Positions 10,701 through 16,823 of a stretch of DNA of 19,740 bases are shown here, piece after piece. The notes under the pieces were generated by a model that was not told the DNA's origin, ran no database searches, and was given only the letters and a program-made list of their open reading frames with translations. The DNA is from Promethearchaeota archaeon (lineage in GTDB: Archaea > Asgardarchaeota > Lokiarchaeia > Sigyniarchaeales > SOKP01), in NCBI GenBank assembly GCA_048938855.1, contig JBHLLT010000040.1, positions 1-19,740 on the forward strand. Reading direction: 5' to 3'. How positions within the stretch are numbered: the stretch's first letter is position 1; each line of letters begins with the position of its first letter. The position numbers were made by a program, and so were the translations under genes.

Positions 10701-11805
10701 CGCTAATGATACTGTCGGTAATCTAAATCATAAAGATATAACTGTTAGAAAAGATATTTATGCTCCAGTCATTACCGTAACTTCTCCTAGTAACGATGAT
10801 TTTTTTGGAATTAATGCTCCTAATTTTATAATTTATAAATCTGGACCTGGAATTCAAGCAACATGGTATACACTGGACAATGGATTGACGAATTTTACAT
10901 TTACAGGATTAAGTGGTAAAATAGATCAAGCTGCGTGGGATAAATATGACTATGAAACGATTACAATAAGATTTTATGTCAATAACTCACTTGGAAAAAT
11001 TGGTTCTGATGAAGTAATTGTAAGAAAAGATCCAGTTGCTCCCATAATATTAGTAAACTCACCTTTTAATCAAACTGCTTTTTCTTTAGCACCTTTAATC
11101 AACCTCACAATTATCGAACCTAATTTGGATTCTGTTTGGTATATGGTTGACAATAGTATAAGAGATGTAACAAATAATTTAACTCAATATCTCGACTCCT
11201 CTATTTGGGATGATTTACCTCAAGGAACTTTTATTTTAAACCTTTTTGCTAATGATACTTTAGGAAATTTAAATAATTTACTTCAATTACACTTATCAAA
11301 AGATACTATTGGCCCCAATATTACTATTATATTACCAAATGAGAATCAGAGAGTTGATCGAAATGCACCTTTTTTTGAACTCACCCTATTTGATGAAAAT
11401 GGTATAGAAAGATCTTGGTATATCATAGATAATGGCAGTACATCTATAGAATTTACGGGCTCAATAGGTAGAATTAATCAGGATTTTTGGGAATCAATTT
11501 GGGATAATAAAACACATGGTTCTATCATTACTATTAGATTTTACTCAAGTGACAACCTTGGAAATGTTGATTTTCAAGAAGTAAAAGTGATAAAATATCA
11601 ACTACCTCCATTTAAAATTTTATCTAATCCATTAGGATTTATTTTATCAACTATGAGTTTAGGTGTAATGATTCCTATAACTATAAAATTAACAAAAAGT
11701 CGGTATTATGAAAATTTAAACTCCAAAGAAAAGAGTAAATTAAAAAAAGCTCTAATTGCTGCTTTTCTTCTATTATCTGTTATGGTTTTATTCTATATTT
11801 TTTAA
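4771..11805 (+). CDS. Giant cell-surface protein with about 23 tandem beta-sandwich (Ig/FN3-like) repeats, an N-terminal signal/anchor and a C-terminal two-TM hairpin
   Basis: Basic N-region plus hydrophobic ILTTLVGLMLCLIIMNFF; 7 x 101-aa repeats (DTSDPLAP...WLVDAAGN); 14 x ~90-aa repeats (DxxAP...W..L..G.F...YANDxxGN); abundant N-x-S/T sequons; two hydrophobic C-terminal segments. Confidence 0.85.
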   Translation: MINRFRLFRDKIHRFRRKQKILTTLVGLMLCLIIMNFFSSDSMYNNSLNNLQNDEFYIILDPKASGVPNITVNIPTNYSLHGKTAPDYSINITGGPGNYTWYEFLETSSKSTPIELSGLLDEEVNGTFDQDLWDNLDNGTVTIRFYANDSHNAVGYTDIVIRVDKIAPGKPSNLVVIPSTWANTNNYNLSWSNPLEPSGIIGAYYKLDGVPTSDNNGTYVPGINIESITNISVSTDGNHTIYVWLVDAAGNINYTNYASAQLYLDTSDPLAPSLLIATPSSWTNENSFSLSWSNPLESSGIIGAYYKLDEAPKSDDNGTYVPGVNIESILNISVSIDGNHTIYVWLVDVAGNIDYTNYASTQLYLDTSDPLAPSSLIATPGLWTNIDSFNLTWVNPSELSGIVGVYYNLDIAPTADDSGTYVPGVNIESITGISVSSDGNHTIYVWLVDAAGNVNYVNYITTQLYLDTSDPSAPSSLIATPGSWTNIDSFNLTWVNPSDLSGISGVYFKLDEVPTSDDNGTYVPGANIESITGISVSSEGNHTIYVWLVDVAGNIDYTNYASTQLYFDTSDPLAPTSLIATPSLWTNIDSFNLTWVNPSELSGIVGVYYTLDIAPIADDDGVYVPGVNIESITGISVSSDGNHTIYVWLVDAAGNVDYINYASTQLYLDTSDPLAPTSLIATPGSWTRIDSFNLTWVNPSELSGIVGVYYTLDIAPIADDDGVYVPGVNIESITGISVSSDGNHTIYVWLVDAAGNVDYINYASTQLYLDTSDPLAPSSLIATPGLWTNIDSFNLTWVNPFDLSGISGVYYKLDEAPISDNNGIYTAGVNIESISGISVSSDGNHTIYVWLVDAAGNIDYSNVGTVQMYLDALEPSIIDSQDGDNNWRDTGGTTYNIDFSDGITSSNLDYAQYIITSEVGQGGIVLKNWTYIFIDLGITDYIVDWTIDFTACQEGINYISVRVYDKAGNVAILNDAFYVKKDTIYPIVTINDPLNNSYWNLPPPINVSVLEPNLASLTYTIIGYFPINNWLENNTEELLNEDIWNNLPQGKFQLVITCFDILGHSSEIILSLYKDTLAPTLLINAPMNATFYNSPPFFNVSAFDPNLDTIWYSINNINKTLTNNTLQQLDLSIWNGLPEEGEFQVYFYANDTFGYLNNNITLTLYRDIIAPNLIINTPSNNTYWKVAPTINVIVMDSYLHTIWYRVLGTNIILLNNTDQQLNSNIWENLPEEGEFTIYFYANDTSGNINNFSILKLHKDIRNPSITINNPKRNDLFGDIAPSFDISISETYLNQTWYTVVGGTLNYSFIGFTGQINQGLWNEFSNGTVTIRFYANDTVGNLGIVEVTIRKNIYAPIITIISPGENELFGIDAPNFTIYKSGLALNTTWYTIDNGFTNFTFYGLIGTIDQDAWELYGFANITITFYINDSLGKIGYDVVTIKKDPDPPVISITFINPVSNNSYCSVEPIFRVSVYEPHLLKIWYKVGTITVEIPNNSDITLNSSIWDNLYQGKFVIEIFAEDLLGYVNDPANLTYYKDTLAPTLIINDPYHQAYYDSPPPINVTVFDPNFLTLTYTVIGYLPSNIWLVNNTEEFLDQDIWDALPQGEFFISFSAYDSFGHPNNTFILTLYKDTTAPTLLINAPTNNSYWNVPPLLNVIAFDPNLDTIWYNYGMASIELYNNTDQLFDSSLWASISDGFFYVDFYANDTFGKISTLVRINLTKDITLPLIAISSPFNNTYYSNPPTMNIIATDINLDTLWYIVMGTKITLTNGPEPLDVNIWNNLSQGKFQVLIFANDSAGNLNDFYILTLYKDTYAPLIFANSPQNNTLWNSRPILNILVYDPSLDSISYSVLGYSPISLLNNTDELFDSFIWTEIEDGMFIVKIFAEDIFGHNHSINLTLYKDTHAPEIYINFPNPDGLFGDIAPDFDISVIDSHLDTTWYTLIGENVNITFTGSSGSIDQTIWNKFSNGTVTIRFYANDTVGNLNHKDITVRKDIYAPVITVTSPSNDDFFGINAPNFIIYKSGPGIQATWYTLDNGLTNFTFTGLSGKIDQAAWDKYDYETITIRFYVNNSLGKIGSDEVIVRKDPVAPIILVNSPFNQTAFSLAPLINLTIIEPNLDSVWYMVDNSIRDVTNNLTQYLDSSIWDDLPQGTFILNLFANDTLGNLNNLLQLHLSKDTIGPNITIILPNENQRVDRNAPFFELTLFDENGIERSWYIIDNGSTSIEFTGSIGRINQDFWESIWDNKTHGSIITIRFYSSDNLGNVDFQEVKVIKYQLPPFKILSNPLGFILSTMSLGVMIPITIKLTKSRYYENLNSKEKSKLKKALIAAFLLLSVMVLFYIF
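5260..7380 (+). repeat. Intragenic tandem array, 7 x 303 bp (101-aa FN3/Ig-like units)
   Basis: Unit-initial GAT (Asp) codons at 5260, 5563, 5866, 6169, 6472, 6775 and 7078; the next domain starts at 7381. Segment 6541-6798 is identical to 6844-7101. Confidence 0.95.
7714..11595 (+). repeat. 14 diverged ~90-aa Ig-like repeats arranged as two higher-order blocks plus a terminal unit
   Basis: Unit starts: DTIYP, DTLAP, DIIAP, DIRNP, NIYAP, DPDPP | DTLAP, DTTAP, DITLP, DTYAP, DTHAP, DIYAP, DPVAP | DTIGP. Confidence 0.85.
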
Positions 11806-11812
11806 ATTCTCT

Positions 11813-12814
11813 CTAATTTTTTGAATGCTTTAAAATGAGCTGTAATTCATAGAAATTTAATTTTTTCCCCGCTTTTTGCTTGTTTAACGCAATTTCCAAT
11901 TTCTTTTGTTCTAGTCTTTTTAATTTTCTTTTTTTCTTAATGATAACATTAATACTGGATTGTGGCATTTTTCTTGGTCGCAGTTTAGCCTTTTTAGCAA
12001 ATTCTTCTAATACAACTTTTTTATTTAAGTTCAATAATTTTGAGAAGAGTATTTGAAATTCATCAGCATTATTTTTGTTTTCTATTAATTGCTTTTGTAC
12101 TTCCCTCTTAATTATTTCAAATTCTCCTACCTTCCTGCACAATTCAAACATATTCTTATGAGTAAATAGCCTTTTGTTTGAGAATTTAATTAAATTTTCG
12201 TAGACTTCTGTTAAATCCTTTTCAATTGCTAATTTTTTATTAAGAGTTTTATAATACTCATTACTCTGTAATTCTAAAATTTGTTTCTGCTTCAGACCTG
12301 ATAATATTTTCAAATTTTTTTCTTTAATATTCTCCAATTCCGTTAGTTTTTCAATAATCTCATTTTCCTCGTCAATGTTTAGGATTTGTTCATCAAGTGC
12401 ACTATTTAAATTTTCTATTTTACCTTCTATATCTTCAAGAGAACGTTTAGTATATTCAATTGTAGTCGAAATATTGCTATTTATTTCTAGTTTTGGGAGA
12501 GTATTCAATTTTTTAGTAAGAGAATTCCAAAGTCGTTCATACTCTTTTTTTTTTCTTCTTAAATCTTCTAATTTTAGATTGTACTTATAACGCTTTTCAG
12601 TATAAAAGTCTCTCGCATCTAAAAGTGATTTGTAAATATCAGAATCATAGCTTTGGAAACTAAGAATATAATTCTTGAGTTTCATATTCAACTGTTCCCT
12701 CTCAAGCTTAAATTCTTTAACTTTTTTTTGTGCTTCACTTAAGCATTTGTCAAAATTATTGTCGTTTTTACCACTCATTTTGAAAAAAAAATTAGATGTA
12801 CTATAGGATACCAT
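11813..12814 (-). CDS. Archaeal coiled-coil protein (COG1340-like)
   Basis: K/E/L-rich heptads throughout, an EENEIIEKLTELE segment, and the C-terminal ALNKQKAGKKLNFYELQLIL resembling the COG1340 'K.G.KL...EL' tail. Convergent with the giant gene, with 7 bp between the stop codons. Confidence 0.65.
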   Translation of the reverse strand: MVSYSTSNFFFKMSGKNDNNFDKCLSEAQKKVKEFKLEREQLNMKLKNYILSFQSYDSDIYKSLLDARDFYTEKRYKYNLKLEDLRRKKKEYERLWNSLTKKLNTLPKLEINSNISTTIEYTKRSLEDIEGKIENLNSALDEQILNIDEENEIIEKLTELENIKEKNLKILSGLKQKQILELQSNEYYKTLNKKLAIEKDLTEVYENLIKFSNKRLFTHKNMFELCRKVGEFEIIKREVQKQLIENKNNADEFQILFSKLLNLNKKVVLEEFAKKAKLRPRKMPQSSINVIIKKKRKLKRLEQKKLEIALNKQKAGKKLNFYELQLILKHSKN

Positions 12815-12954
12815 TATAATCTATTGCTTAAATTTTTTATATATTGGCAGAATTATTAATCAAACATATTTCATATTCTAATTTTACACTCAAGTTAAAT
12901 AAAATTAGAATGTTAAACAATCCAAATATTTAGGTTTTAATAATTGAGAATTTA

Positions 12955-12985
12955 GAAAAAGAAAAAATGGCAAGATAACTTGCCA
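12955..12985 (-). terminator. Hairpin + T-tract terminator downstream of the Cys-rich gene
   Basis: The minus strand reads TGGCAAG-TTAT-CTTGCCA followed by TTTTTTCTTTTT. Confidence 0.6.
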
Positions 12986-13012
12986 ATTCAACAGTTATTC
13001 TAACTGTTAACT

Positions 13013-13825
13013 TTACACTGGCGATGTTTTATCGGGAGTATAGGATTCCGGGACACAATAAATGTGTGCCAGCATTTTATCAAATGCACAACCCGTCCAA
13101 TGGGTGTTAAATTCTATGGTATAATATTTACCTTCAGTAGGATCTTGTTCACCTAATTGGTAACTAGAGTCTAAGCAGACCCAATTATCACAGGCATAAG
13201 GATCAATCGTGAAATTATACCAGACCCAGCAACAACTACATAGACAATCAGGATTTCTATATTGGTCGCTTACATCTGTATAACTGTCTAAAAGCCAACC
13301 GACATACATGTTGGGATTACAATCGTTAAATACAATATTACCATCGGCATCTCTTAAGATCATTAATCCATAATAATCTCCATAACCGGCGTAATGTTGC
13401 AATCTAGGTGTATAACCACCTTTAACTCTAATGACAACCCATTTATCAGCACCATAAGCCATATCAAAACAAATAGGTAAATCGCTTTCGAAATTATCTT
13501 CGACAAAGCATATTTGACCAGGCTCAACGGTATATTGCACAGGATCGTACACTACTTGATATGCTGGCTTGAAACAACTCGGATTAGCTTTTATAAAGTT
13601 ATCTTTAACACTTTCCGCGCTATCGCATCCCAACATAGAAGACGAATTTGAATTCATAGGTAGAATGCTCCTATTGTAATTCGCGGAAAATTGATTAAAA
13701 GCTGTAACTCCCAATATAGATACCATGAACACTAGTAGGGTTAAAAAAACTAGAATCCCTATAACAGCTCGAGAATAACTGTCATTGGTCTCTTTACAGA
13801 GACATGGTTTTCTATATGGAAACAT
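13013..13825 (-). CDS. Cys-rich exported or membrane-anchored hypothetical protein
   Basis: The ORF track uses TTG at 13846. ATG at 13825 is preferred because TTTAAATA lies about 28 nt upstream, consistent with a leaderless transcript. Hydrophobic segment AVIGILVFLTLLVFMVSILGV; 15 Cys including CLCSCCW. Confidence 0.7.
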   Translation of the reverse strand: MFPYRKPCLCKETNDSYSRAVIGILVFLTLLVFMVSILGVTAFNQFSANYNRSILPMNSNSSSMLGCDSAESVKDNFIKANPSCFKPAYQVVYDPVQYTVEPGQICFVEDNFESDLPICFDMAYGADKWVVIRVKGGYTPRLQHYAGYGDYYGLMILRDADGNIVFNDCNPNMYVGWLLDSYTDVSDQYRNPDCLCSCCWVWYNFTIDPYACDNWVCLDSSYQLGEQDPTEGKYYTIEFNTHWTGCAFDKMLAHIYCVPESYTPDKTSPV

Positions 13826-13852
13826 CACCAAATACTTATAGCACAACGAATA

Positions 13853-13860
13853 TATTTAAA
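13853..13860 (-). promoter_or_regulatory. Archaeal TATA box for the Cys-rich gene
   Basis: TTTAAATA on the minus strand, preceded by a purine-rich stretch, about 28 nt upstream of ATG 13825. Confidence 0.5.
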
Positions 13861-14083
13861 TTTTATTGTTAGTGTAAGCACATAAAAAAACATGTTTTTA
13901 GCTCAATTTTTTCGCATAATATATTTATTTTGCTTAAAATAGAATCTTTTGAAATTATTCTTTCTTTTTGAGAATTAAAATAGAGCCAATAAAATTTTTA
14001 TGTTTTCAAAAATGTTAAAGTGAATTGATTAAGTTTAAAAAAAAAATTGAATATATACTAATAGGGATTAAAATCAATATTAG

Positions 14084-16117
14084 GTGAGTGATATAACATC
14101 CATTATGCAATTAGCGAATAGTATTGGAAAATTAACAGCAGAAAAGATGAAAGAAATTGGAATTGATTCAGTAGAAAAGTTAGCTTCTTCTAATGTAGAA
14201 AATTTATTAGCTATAGATGGTATTGGAGTTTCAAAAGCAAAGACATACATCCAATTTGCACAAAGACATATCCAAAGCATCAAAGCAAAAGATAAAATAT
14301 ATAATATAATTAACAAAGGAGTATCACCAAATCCTTCTAGATCAACGAATATTTCTAGTACTCTAAAATCACCTAATAAAAAACTGGATCCAAGAATTCC
14401 TTTAAGTTCAATAAAACAATTAGCTTCTTGGAGTATTGAAGATTTATCGAAGACAAAAGGAATGGAGCCAGCAGAGGCAAAAAGGTATATCGAAATTGCT
14501 AATAAATACCTAGAGAGTATGAGAAAGGAAGAAAAATCTTCAACTGTATCAAGTATGAGAAAAGGAAGTCAAGATCAACTTTTGGGGTTTGTAAAGTTTA
14601 ATAGTAAAATTCAGTCCCAAAATGTGGGGACAATAACTCCAACCAAAGAATACGAACAACCTCAATTAGAAAAACCTCTTATGGAATATACACAGTTAAA
14701 GAAACCCACGCTTAAGGTCAAACCCTTATTAAAACCAAAGATTGAGCTAAAATCACCTGCACAACAATCAAAACAAAAAAAAGTCGAAGAAGAATTACCA
14801 AAAGTCGAAGTAAAAAAACAATCAGAATTAAAAACCTTTTTCAATTTGGCTACAATGCAGAGGATCCGCTTTTTACACTATAAAATTAAAAGAATAGAGG
14901 AAGCACTAGAAAAGAAGCAAGAATTTTCCTTGTCTGAACTCAACAACGTTTTAGAATATATAAAAATCCTAAATGTTAATTATAAAACTCAAAGCCAAAT
15001 AAGAATTTTTAAAGAATTAGATATTACACCCTCCTTCTATGATCCTATTGCTAAAAAAGAGATTAAAATATGGGATTTAATTTTTGAATGTTCACGAGTG
15101 TTATGGATTGCAGCCCAGGCATATTCTTACCTCTCTAATAAGTTCGAAGCAGATAATTTAATGGAAAACGCAATAGTCACTATGGTAGAATGCAGTAAAA
15201 TGTATAAAACTGCTGCTTATTTTAGTGCAGCATGTACTCGACAGGAAGATAAGGGACTTGCATTATCCGTAGAAAATCTTGAATTAAATTCTGAAGAAGC
15301 TCGTATTCTTGCCCAAAATTTAGCCACCATAAGCGAAGAAAGGAAGGAAAACTTTGCAATGGCAGCAAATTTATCTTCTGGGTTAAGTGCGCTAACAAAA
15401 AGATTAGCATTTTTAAGAAAATATGATAAGAATAAGGAAACTCACTTTAAAGCTCAATATAATTATGATATGGGAAGAGCTTGCCATTTAAAAGCTAAAT
15501 CATTGCTAAAAGTATCACCTGAAGGCGAAAATGAAAAGCAAATTGAAAACCTGCAAAAGAAAGCTAATTACTATTATATAAAAGCGGAAGAAACATGGGA
15601 GGATATGTTAACTAAATCTTCGGATTTAACTGATTCTGAAGAAGAGAGTATAAGAACTAATTTATCGATAGTAAATGATAATATCATTGAGAATGATGTT
15701 GAGATGATAACTGATAATCAAGCTCTAGAAATACAGGATCCGGAGCCTCTTATAATAGTTCCTGAAAACTTAGCACCCTTTATTCCACGTACAACTAATT
15801 TTTTAACCAAGTACAATCAATCAGATTTAAATTTTGATGCTTACCGACGATATAAGAATATTATGTCAGATGTTTTGATTGATTACAATAAAATACAAGA
15901 ATTGCAAAATAACAAAGCAGGAATTGGTCGAACATTAAAGCAGTTAAAAGTTTTATATGAGAATAATGATATTGATATAAACAGCTTTACAGAATTATAT
16001 GAAAAATATTCTATAAAACTAGAATCACTTGAGAGCGCAATTCAAAACTTAAAAAACCCTAAAAACAAAGGTAAAGTATCAGAAGAACAGTCAGAAACTC
16101 TTAAAACAATAATTTAA
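14084..16117 (+). CDS. Helix-hairpin-helix domain protein with putative Bro1-like domain and C-terminal steadiness-box/CdvA-like hairpin
   Basis: N-terminal RadA/Rad51-N-type HhH (IGKLTAEKMKEIGIDSVEKLA...LLAIDGIGVSKA); a second partial copy (SSIKQLASWSIEDLSKTKGMEPAEA); K/P/Q-rich linker; all-helical region with Bro1-like motifs; C-terminal TLKQLKVLYENNDIDINSF. The HhH call is firm; the other domains are by-eye inference. Confidence 0.7.
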   Translation: MSDITSIMQLANSIGKLTAEKMKEIGIDSVEKLASSNVENLLAIDGIGVSKAKTYIQFAQRHIQSIKAKDKIYNIINKGVSPNPSRSTNISSTLKSPNKKLDPRIPLSSIKQLASWSIEDLSKTKGMEPAEAKRYIEIANKYLESMRKEEKSSTVSSMRKGSQDQLLGFVKFNSKIQSQNVGTITPTKEYEQPQLEKPLMEYTQLKKPTLKVKPLLKPKIELKSPAQQSKQKKVEEELPKVEVKKQSELKTFFNLATMQRIRFLHYKIKRIEEALEKKQEFSLSELNNVLEYIKILNVNYKTQSQIRIFKELDITPSFYDPIAKKEIKIWDLIFECSRVLWIAAQAYSYLSNKFEADNLMENAIVTMVECSKMYKTAAYFSAACTRQEDKGLALSVENLELNSEEARILAQNLATISEERKENFAMAANLSSGLSALTKRLAFLRKYDKNKETHFKAQYNYDMGRACHLKAKSLLKVSPEGENEKQIENLQKKANYYYIKAEETWEDMLTKSSDLTDSEEESIRTNLSIVNDNIIENDVEMITDNQALEIQDPEPLIIVPENLAPFIPRTTNFLTKYNQSDLNFDAYRRYKNIMSDVLIDYNKIQELQNNKAGIGRTLKQLKVLYENNDIDINSFTELYEKYSIKLESLESAIQNLKNPKNKGKVSEEQSETLKTII

Positions 16118-16130
16118 TATAGAAACTCTT

Positions 16131-16655
16131 ATGTCTAGTAGAAAAAATAAACATATACTCAAAAATATTTTTAAATTTTTTAAAACTTTTACGAAAATTA
16201 TTTTCTATCCGTTTTTAATAATTACAATTATTATTTTTATTTTTAATCAAATATTAGGAATATTACTAGCAGTTATTTTCTTTTTACTATATTTTCTTTC
16301 TTATTTAATTACTCTCTCTTCCAAGAAAAGGCTTTTAGCATCAATACAAAGCTATTCTTTAATAAATGACACTGAAATTTCCGAAAAGTTAAAACGACCT
16401 GTCGAGGATATTAGAAAAATTTTATCCTCATTATCAAAACATCAGAAAAGAAAAAATTGGCTAGTTGTGTTTTTGAATAAACGTTATATTTTCTTAAATG
16501 AGAATGGTGTCGAGAATTATAAACAACTACATATGCTAGGTTATAATGAAAAAAAGATTTTGGAAGAATTACAACCAGAAATGAATATTAGATCCAGAGC
16601 GGAAGTTAAAGCCATTGAAATAACATTAGCTAATCTTAATAGACTCAATAATTAA
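16131..16655 (+). CDS. Membrane protein with an N-terminal two-TM hairpin and cytoplasmic winged-helix/HTH-like domains
   Basis: Hydrophobic segments IIFYPFLIITIIIFIF and ILGILLAVIFFLLYFLSYLI, then NDTEISEKLKRPVEDIRKILSSL with a beta-hairpin WLVVFLNKRYIFL. Starts 13 bp after the previous stop codon. Confidence 0.65.
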   Translation: MSSRKNKHILKNIFKFFKTFTKIIFYPFLIITIIIFIFNQILGILLAVIFFLLYFLSYLITLSSKKRLLASIQSYSLINDTEISEKLKRPVEDIRKILSSLSKHQKRKNWLVVFLNKRYIFLNENGVENYKQLHMLGYNEKKILEELQPEMNIRSRAEVKAIEITLANLNRLNN

Positions 16656-16823
16656 TTTCTTAAACTTTTTTTAAAATTCAGTAATTTAACTCTCTGAATA
16701 TTGATAAATAGGATAACTGAAATAACTTTCTACTCTATTAGAATATAAATTTTTATTAAACCATGTAATTTTATTCAAAATAAAAAAACAAAATTGAAAA
16801 TTCTAACCAATTAAGGTGATGAT

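Noticed and set aside
12955-13012. 3' UTR hairpins of the Cys-rich gene as a SECIS element
   Set aside because: The gene has no in-frame TGA (it ends in TAA) and there is no AUGA/GA core.
14084-14300. Calling the 677-aa protein RadA/Rad51
   Set aside because: Only the N-terminal HhH resembles RadA; there is no Walker A/B ATPase domain.
12375-15410. Short ORFs 12375-12590, 14080-14316, 14662-14844 and 15222-15410
   Set aside because: Antisense to longer, credible CDSs.
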